In this document: one piece after another, positions 32,223 to 46,100 of the stretch
Position numbering within the stretch: position 1 is the first letter of the stretch
Layout of the letters: every line of letters starts with the position of its first letter
Assembly: GCA_040954595.2 (NCBI GenBank)
Contig: CM082585.2
Coordinates: 9,474,564-9,538,563 of the forward strand
Origin: Balanoglossus misakiensis
Lineage: Eukaryota; Animalia; Hemichordata
DNA: 64,000 nucleotides
Reading direction: 5' to 3'
Program-made: the position numbers and the translations under genes
Notes under the pieces: generated by a model
Seen by the model: only the letters and a program-made list of their open reading frames with translations
Databases searched by the model: none
What the model was told of the DNA's origin: nothing

Positions 32223-35200
32223 ATGAGTGAGTATATCTGTTAGTGTTTTTAAATTGTAGCATTAGTATGATTTCAAACATGTAAACGATGCGTGATGACT
32301 AGGTTTAGTGATCGCGGTATTTGTCAACAACAACACATATGATGTCAACCAGGGGTCAACCACATTAATTAATGGGTGGGCAGGGAGGGTCACAAATTCG
32401 TCGACAAACTGAATTATTAGGAATAACTTGAATACCTACATATAATGAACTAATCCATAGTCTTAACAGATCGATAGAGACAGAGCGAGGAAAATGAAAT
32501 TATACTTTTTATGGCACAATTTTAATATAAATATTGCAGCTTTGCCATCGTATCTATGGGGTGATAGTGCAATACGGTTTCTGTTCAATTATTCATACAT
32601 CTTGTTATCTGACTGTCATATAATGTAATTAATCTAGATGTCTGTATATTATATTACTGAGGGATTCCATTCAGCTATAGGCCGTTACATAACTTGTTGC
32701 ACATATTAGTTCCTGTATGGTAATTGGAGAGACCCCCAGCAATGATCAATCATCCAATCAATCAATCAAACAAAACGTATTTTACTGTAATTATTTCATT
32801 TGCACAAATATAATTTATAAATGTCATTAACAACATCCTGTTGGATATTCATATTGTGAATGGTGAATATTTGATTTTTTTTTATTTGTTTATAGAAAAT
32901 TTTCAGGGTGCCTGTTAAAATCGACAAGAGACATTTAAAGTATTTATTTTGTTAGGTAATGTAAAGGTGTTAACAGTTAGGGTTTAATTTGTAAAAATGT
33001 CATGCCTGATCAAGTTTATAGGGAAACCAAAGTCAAACTGCTCCTTGTATTGATAGATATTTTGGGAACAGAAACTATTACACAGGATCTGTAGGATATA
33101 TTTGCAAGTCATATTTGGGGAATATGGAAAGGGCAGAATTTGTTTTATAGTTCCATCTTTAGTGATCTCCAATTGACCCACGTTGTACAGGTACATAAGG
33201 CATTTGTTCATACAACTAGTTTCTGTGTACTATTTGCTTTTGATGGATTAATATTGAAACAAAGTCTAAGAATTGATGATCTATTAAGTTATTTAATGGG
33301 AAACGGTTACTTCTCTTATTTGGACTCTACACTACAGGTGCTCGTATATTAACATGTCCAATGGGGAAAATTATATTGTAAACTTTATTTCAAACAAACA
33401 TTTTCGTATATCAATACAATGGGATGTAAGGTCATGATGTAAAGGTCATGAAAATGGTCAATTGCCCACTTCAAAATATGTAAACCTGACTACTCTTTTT
33501 TTCATCCAAATAAATTGTGTGACAACCACACAGTAGCAGGTGCAAGTTTTGGTACTCATGCAATGCAAACAAGTAATTTAATTATGATACTTCTGGTCTG
33601 TGTTGTCATGGCATCCGTTCAATTTTTCAGGCATGTTCCTTCTCTGAAGAACTGGCCCAGAAAATTACACGAAGTGCCTCTTGCACCATCAAACTGCGAG
33701 TGCAAAATACATACCAGCAAATACATATATTTATGAAGCAGTGTTGCTATAATTTGCATAACACTATAATTGCTATGTTAATTTCGTTTGCTATTTTTCA
33801 AAATGTACATGTGTGGTACAGACAACAATTCCCCTTTAATTTATCAAATGTACTGATGGGTTAATATGCAACGCGGTAATATTCAGTTGGCTCATTAATA
33901 GCTAGCGCAATCCTATTGTAAAAAGAGTTTTCAATACAGAGATCATTAGCACAATTTACTAGTGTATAGCCAGTATAATGTTAATGTTGATGTTTGTGTT
34001 CTAAGTTTTAGATAACAAACAAATATAGCTGTCCAAACATCATACATACACACAGTGTTGACAGACCAAATAAAGATGTGTACCATCATGCCTCATGGAT
34101 AAATCTGCAAAACAGTTGTTACAATTAAGAACAAAAAATACATGTAACTGCTGGTGTTGGTGATTGATAAAGTATTTAAGGAAGTCTAGCTGTCCCGGTT
34201 AGGTTGATCAAAGCGCTACCATAAAAATTAAAATTGTATTACAGGAAAAAGCTGTGATGTAGATGGGAAGATCAGGCTTCTTAATTCCCTACAATAAATT
34301 CAGTCTAAATCATTACATGTCAGTGTTTTATTTCTGACATGTCACAATATGTCATTGCATAGTAAGCTATATGACCCCGATTGAGTTACTGTGCCCTGCA
34401 GACTAGACTGTCCTTGGGGGAATTGTACCAGTATATATTGGAGATATGTCTGCTGGGTATATACATATCACTACATGCACATGATTTCGTGTACTTGCAC
34501 TATTTCTCCCCAATAACCTCTGTTAAAGATGGCTGCTTGCAGGCGAGTGATGATTCATTATACGATCAAACATCATTGACACTTGTCATGTAAATTGTTG
34601 TCAGCCTGTGAAAGAAAAATAGACAACTCTTGATGAATGAATAGCAGTAAATCAATTAATGAACTGTAGGTCATTTAGATTGTGAATGGCAAAAATGTAG
34701 AATATTTTAATGAAGGCATACAATACATGTATTATGTTACAGATAAAAGATGTGCTATAACCATATTTTTTATTCAGTCATTCTGCAATATGGTAGAATT
34801 TTGATTTATAATATGCATACCTCTGCTCATAAAAAATGTCGTGATAAGATATTAGGCAGATGATAAATTTTGATGATAGGTCAAATGCCTGCATTGTCAA
34901 ATTACTATTTGGGGCTGAACTTTACACCGTCAAAAAACATCTCCCAGTGTAGACATGACCACAAAGTCAACAAATGCACAAACCAGTCATTTCTGGCTTG
35001 TGTGAGGTAGTACCAACCATCAGATGACCTTAAGATTAATAGATTGTGACAAGACGAGACAGTCCTCACACCTGGTTAGCAGTGTGTTGTTTAACGTAAA
35101 ACCTAAACCCACCCATGGCTGGCATAAGTGTTTAATGTGAACCCCACTTTTAACTGTGTAAAATTCTAACAGAAAGGTATATTTTAATGTACCCTCAACG

Positions 35201-36379
35201 AGTATCAGTCAACAGGTCAACCCTTTTGCTAAATCCAGAATATTCCGAGGGTTGGGGGCGAACTCACTTACTGAATGCAGAGTTGCATGCAAGAAAACCT
35301 CTTACAAAAAAAATAAAACATAACTTTGTCATTTTTTTGTCTTTCAGATATTTTTGGCCCTAAAGTGGATTATTTTAAAAAGCAGAAGTATGACGACATC
35401 AAGAAGATGTGTCAAGAAAGGGGGACCCTGTTCACGGACCCAGAGTTCCCTGCTGAAGACCGGTCCATCTTCTTTAGTAAACCTGTACCTGGACAAGTAC
35501 AGTGGAAAAGGCCAAAGGTATTTAGCACCCACACCCACACCCACCCCACCCACGCTGATTTGCCCACCCACACCTCTTACCATTGTGGTTCATTCCATGT
35601 TCACTATTTGGGCGAACTATGTGATGAACCGTTCCATTATTGCGTGTGGGCGGCAGAGTGCATTGTTAAGTACTAGGTGCGGCAGGTTAATGCCCTGTTG
35701 GCTATACTGCTAGATCATCTGATCATATTACTCACAACTTTTCAACTGAATGTCCTTGTCGTACCTGTCAGGAAATCAGCGACGACCCACACCTGTTTGT
35801 AGAGGGCGCCAGCAGCGGGGATGTCTCCCAGGGCAGTCTGGGTAATTGCTGGTTTGTGGCGTCCTGCTCCAGTCTGGCACAAGAGAAAGAGCTTTGGCAG
35901 AAGGCGAGTACACCGAAAACCTCTCATTTTATAATACAGACACTTCTGTAATCTGGACACCTGGATCTAATTACCATATATGTAACTTTCTAACCAGGTT
36001 GTCCCAAACCCCGGAGACCAAGAATGGGACACCGAAAACCCACAGAAGTACGCCGGAATTTTCTATTTCCGCTTCTGGAGGTTCGGTCGCTGGCTGGAGG
36101 TGGTTATTGACGACCGGTTGCCGACCATCAATGGAAAACTGATCTTTGTCCATTCCAATGAAAAGAATGAATACTGGAGTGCCTTGCTGGAAAAAGCCTA
36201 TGCCAAGTGAGTTGTACGAAGTGTGATTAGAAAAATATTGGGGGGGGGGGGGGGGGCTGCGTGCTTTCCTGTCTGTATATATCACCATGACTAGCTGAGA
36301 TTGAAGATTTTCCTCTTAGCAGAGGCATATGATCTGTTCTTCTTGAAATAATATTTGTTGAACCTGGCACATAATAAAA

Positions 36380-36422
<43 letters not shown>

Positions 36423-39400
36423 GTAGGTTATCTGGCTGTTATGAGAACCTGGATGGAGGCAACACAGCTGATGCACTAGTCGATTTCACGGGGGGCGTGG
36501 CCGAAAACATCAATCTCATGGAGCATGCCACTGATGAAGATAAGAGAACTGACCTCTTCAAGGATATGATTAAGTGTTTAGAGAGGAGAGGGCTCATGAG
36601 TGCATCCATCAGGGTGGGTGTTTCCATTTGATAACAGTAACACTCTTTCTTTCAGGTTTCCAGTTGTTTCTACTAGTAACCGGTATTGGTACCTGCTTAA
36701 ATATGAATCTGTGAAGTTGTATAGTCACTGCCAGCACTTCACATAAAATGCCATCTTTAACAAATGTGCCTATTGTGAAATATTTCTGAACCAGAAAAAA
36801 TACTGTCTGTACCAAATGTCTCCTCTAATTGAAAAAGAGCTATCCCATCCCTGGTTCATTTCAGTTTACAGTTACCTTTGCAACTGCAGTACATCTCAAC
36901 ACAGACAATATCTTTCTTGGACTTTCTCGGGTATAATGGCTGTAAAATCTGTATCAGAGTTTATTGAGACATAACTACTGTACCCTATCCTCTGTTTTTA
37001 CAGGCCATAGTGTGTTGCAGTATTGAGGTACAAAGTTTCCATTGCATTATTGCAAAAACTTGTAATGCATGGACTATCAGAATGAGCACTTGACTTCAAA
37101 ACCAGTTACATCATGTTTTGAACAGCACAATCATTTTTCTGAGACACAAAATAAGATCCCTTAATTTTTCTTTAAATCTGTTTCATGGAGGTCCTCTGAG
37201 CAATGATGGTGGTTTGGTTCTTTGTACAATACTGCAGTTCACTACTGATGCATTCTTTAACCTGTACACTGATTTTGATGACCTCAGGATTTGTGTTCAC
37301 AGGAGTTGATGACATCATCCTCATGTTATGCATTATCATGTTCAGTCTTTCTGAATCGTATTCATCAAGTCAATCATTTACGTTCTGTTTCATATCTTTC
37401 CTCTACCTTTCACAATTTCTCTTCACTTTCATGGGCTCTATCCACTTAACATGACATCATCAGACAATTTCCTTGGTGACAGGATCAGATGATACTCATT
37501 GGTAGGCATGGTAACGAATCTGTGCTTTGGTATTGTGTATATCCACCAGTGGTCCTGTTGCTTATAGTTATTTTGATTTGATTTTTATGCTTTTATTTTC
37601 ATTTTCAGGCTTAGTGTTTGTGTTTGTTGCTGAAACCACATAATAATTAATACAGCATTTTTGCATTATTACTGATTGCAGCCCAACATCTTTTAGCATT
37701 CCAGTAACATGTAGTCAACACGATTGCAATATCTTCTTAGACTAAGCAGTCAAGCGAAATAAACTGTTATGTATGTACTGTGCAGTCATCAACCCCAGCA
37801 ATATGTTGTTAATGTGAAATAGTATACCGTAATCCTTACTGATAGCAAGGTTGTCTTACTTCAAAGAATGCATATATCCATGGGTATAGAAATATACCCA
37901 TAGATGTTAGGTGTATACCCCATTCCCTGATACATACCTAAAGTTCCAGGCTGTATGAATATGTGTACCACAGTACCTGTAAATAGTGTAAAATACCCAA
38001 AAAATAGTAATCCCGTACTTCCCATAATCAGAAATTGTTGTTTGCAGTGCTTTGATGTATATAAGTTTAAAAAGTACATGTTTTTGAATTTTAAAACTTC
38101 ATTTTGTGATAAATAATATCTTTGCTTTGAACAGGTGGAGTCTGCAGAAGAGATGGAAGCTAAGACCAGCGTCGGCCTGGTCAAAGGTCATGCCTACGGC
38201 GTAACTGCCATCAGGAATGTCAAAATCGGAGATCCGGGATTGCTGTCGTTCTTCAAGAACGTGGAAAAAATCCCGATGGTTCGATTGCGCAATCCTTGGG
38301 GAGAGAAGGAGTGGAACGGTGCTTGGAGTGACGGGTGAGTTCAAAGGTCATGTGGCAATGACAGAGGTCATCCCACAGCAGGTCAAAGTTGAAAGTTCAG
38401 ATACATTGTACTATCATGGTCATATTCAGGAAAATGTGTTCCGAGTTCAAATTTTATGATTAATAGGCAAGAAAACTGTCCCCTTATTAAAAATAATTTC
38501 GTTTGTACTCAACTATCGTTTTATTTTTATTTTCCGACAAAAATAGGTCACCGGAGTGGGAGAAGGTCAGCCAGAAGGAAAGAGAGAAAATGGGAATAAC
38601 GTTTGATGACGACGGAGAGTTCTGGTAAGTCATGTGACTCAAACTCAGGTCATGTGACTTGAAATTATCTGGTATTTCATGGATGGTTCAGTTTGGTATG
38701 AATTTCACCTCAGACATAACCATTAGTGACCAAACCTGATTTCCCTGTCTTGCTCTGTCCCAGGATGACATTCCTTGACTTCTGCCGGCACTTCACCAAT
38801 GTCACACTGTGCCGTCTGCCAAACACCGCATTCCTGAGTGTGCATCGGACATGGAGGGAGAAGATCCTGCACAGCAAGTGGGAGAAACATCTAGACACCC
38901 TGAAAAACAGAGCCGGGGGATGTGTCAATAACAGAGAGACGTTTTTACAGAATCCACAGGTGAGAGGGGAAGGAATAAACAAACAAACACCAAACTGAAT
39001 GGCGCTGCAACTTGGTACAGCAATATAAGTCATGCAATTGGCCAAATTTGTGCAGAAACTGAAGAATTGTACAGTAACTTTATGTTCTCTAAAGCGCAAT
39101 TTTCACCGGATGTGTTTGCTGTGTTTCATTTTCAGTTCATGTTTGACATCACCGACAGCGATGGTGATGATGTGATGGTCTCTATCAGTCAGAGAGACAA
39201 AAGGGCAGACATCAGCCAACAGAATTTGACCATAGGATATCAAATTGTTAAGGTAATAGATATGCACTTGCACTACTAACAGGCAGTTTGATGTACAAGT
39301 GTGTGAATTTTCTGAGTCTGTGCTTGGGACAAGGTGGTCCTGGAACAGTTTTGACCTTGATGAAAATGCTGGACAACCAAATTGAATGCTCCAAAATTTG

Positions 39401-40678
39401 CACATTTATACGACTCCACATACAGTACACTACAGAAATCTCTTGTACGACCAAATGCTCGGGTTACAACTGTGCTATCATTATTTACCAGGTGGAGTCT
39501 AACAGGAAGTACCGATGTCACGTGACCAAACCCAAGGTGATGGATTCAACCTACATCAACGCCAGGAGCGTCTTTGAAAAGAAGCATCTAGCCGAGGGTC
39601 GCTACGTTGTCATAGCAACAACCTTCGACCCCAGTGAGGAAGGCGATGTCATGTTCCGTATCTTCACTGAGCATGACGCCGATGTAGTGTAAGTGCATGT
39701 TTGCGTATTTGTGACTTCTATCTCTCTACATGTTTTATTTTACCCTGCCAGAAAAAGTATGATGTTCTATATTCACCTTATTTGCAGTGAGCTGACCAAA
39801 GACTGTCCAACCAAGTCCTGCTGGAGTGGAATCTTCGGTTATCCATCAGTGGTGACGTCTCTAACGGTAACCAGTGCTGCTGGACTTCAGAAGATGGACA
39901 GGTTTGGAGGAGGTGAGCATTTGAAATGTGTTAGACTTCACTACCCGACACACAGCTGGCTGTTGAGAACGGTATAGCTTATCTTGTGTGAGAGCTCTAC
40001 TGTGAGAAACTGTTCTGAAAAATAATTTAAATTCTGATGAAAAGTATCTCATGAAAAGGTATTTGCTAATGGGCTATCGCACTGGAGTCTGGGTAAACCA
40101 GACAAAATCAAAATTTGGCAGATTTTTCAACCGACATTCCCCAGATCTACTTTGGGCGGCCATCTTGGTAGCCTCCTTTTGGGTTTTGGTATAATTTTAC
40201 CTGTAGACAAACGAGTTTCTATTCTGTGACCTCCCAGGTGCGGACCCCTACGCCTTTGTCAAATGCGAAGGAGACAGTTACAAGTCACCAATCAAGAAAG
40301 GGAGTCTGAATCCTGAATGGAACTTCAGTGTGCTGTTGTTCCGCAAGAAGCCCGAGCAACCAATCACCATCCAGGTACAGTGGATGACCTTTCATTCAGA
40401 CGACCTCTTTTGATTCAGATGTCTTCCCTTTTATTTCATGTTGCACTTCAAGGAGACATTTTAAGTCTTTTATGTCATTCTGTCAATCATTTCAGATCTG
40501 GAACAGCAACATGGTGAAAGATGACTTCATGGGCGAAGCCATCGTCATGGGACAGGCAGACGGAGAAATGAAACACTTCACCGCAACACTGAACGACAAA
40601 GGGCGCAAAGCCAATGAGAAACGCCCAGGCTCGCTGAGCATCTCCATGGTGACGCACGCCAACATCAAGGCCTTGTAG
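32223..40678 (+). CDS. CAPN5: Calpain-5 (TRA-3 type; CysPc, domain III, C2), 13 coding exons, about 644 aa
   Basis: Exons 32223-32226 (inferred ATGA|GTGAGT), 35348-35517, 35772-35903 (GC donor), 35998-36206, 36427-36613, 38135-38334, 38547-38624, 38764-38959, 39136-39252, 39492-39688, 39788-39912, 40238-40374 and 40496-40678. The catalytic triad is intact ([22 protein letters not shown]). The C-terminus is a C2 domain (GADPY...IQIWNSN...DFMG) with no EF-hands. The start exon is less certain than the rest. Confidence 0.94.
36380..36419. repeat. (GATT)10 microsatellite abutting a CAPN5 splice acceptor
   Basis: Ten perfect GATT units followed by GTTGTAG and the exon starting at 36427. Confidence 0.95.
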
Positions 40679-43163
40679 AGTTTCATTGCCACGGAGTGTG
40701 ATGCCTATTTCCATTTCATGCGTGATGATTGTCTATATTATTAATTAGGTTCATTCAGAATTCATGCGATCAGAAAATTTTACAAATTTCTCATACAATT
40801 CTCAGCAATCGACCCTTATATGAGTTGTTTCCATTTACACAAAAGTTGTGTGCATCATTTTTATTTTGAATAAACTAACAAGTTCTTGTCAAATTGATAT
40901 AAATTGATATTTTCCTATTGTGCACAGTTTGGTGACAGGCACTGCTATTGGATGATCAGATACAAATTATACTGCACTGAAAGTACTTATTTACGGTTAT
41001 AATAATTATTGTAGATATTTTCAGCATATGATAATCAGTTAGATTTTTAAGAAGTATTTGAAACTACTGGTGATATTTTAGCAGCAAAGCCATGTTTTGA
41101 TCCGATAGTACATGTAGTTCAGTTTGTTTTTAAAACAATTTAAAGAGTATCAAAACTAAGGTCTTTTGTATTGTCAATAAGTTTGCTATAAATGTGACTT
41201 TACTGACAAAATTTTAAAAAAATCCTTTTGTTCTGTTATATAACTATGAAAACTATTCCATAAAAGTCGAATGAAACATAACCTGCTACAAATTTACCCT
41301 ACTACTGTACAGAACATCAATTTTTAATCTCCCCTCAGAAGTGGCAGCTGGTCCAGCCTAAAACAGAAATTAATCCCCCCAAATATATCTGTGCTCTGAG
41401 TGTTATTTTTTGTCAAAATTATGATGGATATAATGTGAAAAATATATCAAAAATTACCTAACAGAAATATTCTGAGATTTAAAAAAAAATATTGAATGTA
41501 TACTCACCCCAGGTGCATTGTATTCCCCGCTTCTTCTTTGACCATTTCCCGCCAAACTTTTGACGACAGACAAGCTAATTTTTCACAGAATTTTGAACTA
41601 TTAAAATCACTGACCCTTGAATTCTAACTGATAATTTGGGACGTCGTTGTCCAATATGCCTTTTCTTCATGATATCTTAGGCTTGTAGGTTTTTTATGTA
41701 TTTATTCATTAATGGTAGTTTATTTTTTCACAGTTCTTTTCTTATTGCTGGTGTTGACTTTTGAAGAATTTTGAGACCATGATTGTCACATGATTGACCT
41801 TTAACATTTCACAGTAACCAATGAAAAGCGGTGCTCAGTAGGTGCAAATCTAAACAATTTTTGAAATATGTTAAAATCATTATCATTTAAGTAATTATGT
41901 AAGTTTCGTAATAATCTCTGATTTTAGAAGGGTTCACTTCAAAATTTGACTTTTCCTTTTTTTTTATTTATATTTTACAACACCTTATCTGTATAATTGT
42001 TTACTTCCTACGCGATTATCATTATTGAATTTATAAGACTACAAACATTATTGAACAACAGTACTGTACAAGTACATTGTTGATTTTTATTGTGATATCA
42101 TTTTGAATTAAGAAAGTTTTCTGAGTGAGTCTGCAAAATTTTTCAAAATAAATCTTTTGATAATGTTTTTTTGTGGTATCTAGGTTTATGTGTTCCTGCA
42201 AAGTCCCTGAACTACCTGAAATTTTAAATGACTTCTTAGAAGATCAAGAATCTCCTGGGATAATTAAAATGCTAGTCTAGAATGGGGCAGCTGTTTGGCA
42301 AAGCCCTTCTAAAGTCTAGACATTAGATTTTCAAACTACTTGTGCCCATGTAGAATGTTTAAAGCTCCATTAGCTGTATCTGTCCACTATGTCCTGGAGT
42401 GACGTTTAACATAATGAATCGTTTATAACAGGGATTTAATGATTAACCTCTTTGAAAGATTTTGACGCTACACTGACATGTATATTATTTTTGCAATAAA
42501 CATTAGCATATTTTTGACATCATAGTACATAGCATATTGGTTATATTCTAAGTCTGGGCTTTAAGCTGTCAGCATTTGTAATGAAAAATACCAGTGTACA
42601 ATATCATGCAGCAAATAATAAATGATGAATATGAAAAAAGACATTGCGAGTGACTGCTGATTTTCTTAGCTCCGTGATAACACGTGTTAATCGCATTCCA
42701 ATTTGTGTGTCTGCCTGTCTGTCTGTCTGTCTGCATGGCCCTCGACAATAACTTGCAAGTAACCTGATAACGTTTCGACACAGTATTGCTATAGATATTT
42801 GTATTCTCAGGTTTTATTGATTACCTTTGTATAATAAGGTCACATTAAATGACATGGTAAATGTTAAATTATCGACACGTGAAATTCTATAAAAGATTCA
42901 AATTTACATTCTTAGTTAATTTCGACAAAAGGGACAATAATTAGCATAGTAGGAGCGCCCTAAATTTGGGCAATACTTCAATAGTCATGCGAAATATAAA
43001 GGTTACTGTACATAATTTAGCCTGTCTGATGAAAGCGTTTTGTTTTCCACGAAGTTTTTTTTCACGAACAGGGTAAAAGCTTCCGGTACATCAATACGCC
43101 ATATTCGCATTAGGGTTCCTAATCTCGCGAAATCTCGCCCGCCATTTTCTATCCTCCGGGATT

Positions 43164-46100
43164 TTAAATAAATCCCCACACGCACACAACCCGCTCGTGC
43201 CTCGGCTTCTCCAGAATCTTCTGCCGGTGGAAGTTGTAGAACTGCGAGAGCACGAACATGACTGCCCCGATGCCGAAACCGATGAAGATCAGCGTCAGGA
43301 CGAACGACACTTTGGACGTGTACTCGTACTGCAGAAGAAACACGTCTTTGAAGATCGTGACTGCGGCAAGGACGCCCTCATACACCTCGCCGCTTTGAAA
43401 GTAGCCATTGATTTCACTGCGGATCTTCAACAGCGACCTCGAAGTCAGGAATTTCTTGGCTTCTTTTCCGATGGCCACGCTGAACTGGAAACGCGAAAAA
43501 GAGGACATTCCTCGAAGTTTGAAATGTTATCGAACTCGTTAACCTAACCAAACTATTGCACCAAAAAGGGTAACTTAGGAATTCATAAGTAGCCAAATTT
43601 GAGCAGAAACAGACAATTCCTTTTTTTTTTAAAATAAGAAACAACATTCAAAAGCAAAAAATGTCTAAATACGTTTTCCAAGGGTTTCCCAGGTACCTTG
43701 TTTCAAGAAAATCACTGTGTTTTTTTGTTACACTTCGTGTATGGAGATGCGGTTTAAAACAACGAAATAGGCCTACTGCTTTCACAATGGTAAGAAGACT
43801 GATATATTCGGAAGCTTCATTAACAGAATGAATAGCCATTAAAATTGGCAACTTTAATTTTACCTGTCTATCATCACGCGACACGAATAGGATGACGTCA
43901 TTTCCGCACCTTCCGTACTGGTATTTAGCCAATAAGAACTCGGCAAATTCGTGAGATATCGTTTCCAAGTCCTGCTCTGTGACGGCGCTGCGAACACTGG
44001 CGAATACACGAAACGAGAGAATATATTAGTCTGGTCCCATCTCCGCTGCTGGCTGTGCTAGAAAGGGGGCAGGGAACCAGACTATTCCCAGTCTTTGGCG
44101 AGAAACCCGAACGTTCTGACGAAGATTGTCGCGCAAATCCCGAAAGAGGGAATCCGACGATTCGACGCCGACAGTGTACATCACATCCCGAGGCGAATTT
44201 TGACGGAGGACCTAGTAACTTGAAAATTAATGCAAGTCATTGGAATCGAAATAAAATATTGAACAGAGAGAAACAGCTGACTGATTACCTTTTCAGGATG
44301 AATATTTTCGGTACTATGGCAACGGCCACTATGAAGTTCTTGTCTGTTTCATTGACGCAACCTTGGCAATCGCACGTGGTCAGGTTCTGTGTTTCTTCTA
44401 ACACGTATTCTATCTCTGCAGCTGAAAAGAAAAAGAAAAAAACATAAGCCATATAGAAGACGCTGAAGAACATACCAACTTACAACTACAAGAATTTTAA
44501 GGGTATCGAGGGCGCGTTGTTGCGAGAGAAATGATTGATAACGGTCAGATCTGGAATGCGTTTTTTCTTTAATTCTGTCTGTGATAATTTGAGCGCATTT
44601 ATTGAAGTCATTTCAGAAACTAAGATTCTAGAAATGTATTTTATTGTTGAAACGATCGAGTTGTTTCTTAGTGCTGGGACTTCCTTCGTTACGTTTTATT
44701 CGTCGGCCAGGCAACTCAAACCTGATAGCATCTCTTCACTTAATAAAATGGAAGGAGTAACCGCGTAAATAGCGTCGATATTTGATTAAATAAAGAAAAT
44801 ATCGGATCGAGTTTGGAGATTATAGTGTCGTAAATATTAGATTTCGCAGGTCGGGGGCGATGGAGTTGTCTATGACGTCATGAATATGTGAATGAATTAT
44901 TGATTAGATGTGCGCGCCCTGGATGATCGTTTGTTGTTTGAACATCTGTGACTAAAATACACTTTTATGTATTTTTTACTTTTATTGGGGGCTTAGAAGG
45001 CAGAAATTCAAGAAAAGTGAGGCCAGTGGCCCCTTTTGATGCTGGACATCGCATATCAGCCAGCACGAGGACAAACTACGAAATAATACATTAATTAAAA
45101 CACACTTAAAGCGAAAAAACAACAAGAAAAGGTGGCAAAATGGCGCCTCGACTGATCGCGACGCCGTCTGCTCAAGAGTCCACATTTACATATTGGCCTA
45201 CTTGTGATATCTCAATTTTTAACATCGAGCGAACGTGACCAACATGCCAGAAAGCCAATATGGCAAGACTCAGCCCAACAACTAGGTTAGAAATTCCCAG
45301 AGGCTCTTGATACGGGAAAGCGATCTGGCTGCGGTGAAATAGGCTCTTATTTACATGCGCTGAAGACATTCTCGAAATGTCGGTTCTGTCGACACACCTG
45401 CAACTCGAGAGAGGTCCGGTTACACCAAGTCTGACCACGCAGAGACTGTAATCAGTTTAATAACCAAAGAGCCCTCCTCAGTCTTGATGGAAAGGCGGGG
45501 GGATTTTGTTGCACGTGCAGATACTTAGGCCCTATATACATGGAGTGTTATATTCACTGAGGTAGCGACATTAACTCTAAGTACAGTGCCCAGGTATAGC
45601 GCTTTAAGTCTTTCTGATTTTCAATCCATAATTGATGATTTGGGATCGAGGGATGGTCTTCATATCGCACGTGCAACTCCCGCCAACGGAGATTCTTTCT
45701 GCACACCAGCAGAGGATCAAACTGTTTTAATCTTTTGTCTTGTCCTCGTAGATCACACCTGCATAACACATCTCGCGACCGAGCTGTGGGAATCGGACCT
45801 GTCGAATGCAGGCAACCTGGGACGAGCCTGATTCAAGACCACCATATTGTCTTGTCCTCGTACCTGCGCCAACTGACAGATTAGATTACACCTATGTTGA
45901 CAATTTTCTCAAAATAGTGGAAATAATTATTGCAAAATGTTGAAATATATATTACACGTGTTCAAAAGCTAGTATATCACACCCAGGGCAGGTAATCCAA
46001 TAAACACAGGATTGTTAGTAGGATCATGGACTACGGCATTGATCCGTCCACGATGCATTGTTTGAAAACTACTAGTATTACGTAACAGCCGTATTGAAAT

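Noticed and set aside
37180-37500. Purine-rich minus-strand stretch in a CAPN5 intron resembling a nested exon or pseudogene
   Set aside because: It is interrupted by stops and has no recognisable family motif.
43197-44447. Plus-strand ORFs of 116 and 130 aa
   Set aside because: They are antisense to exons of the TPM-domain gene and show no independent coding signal.
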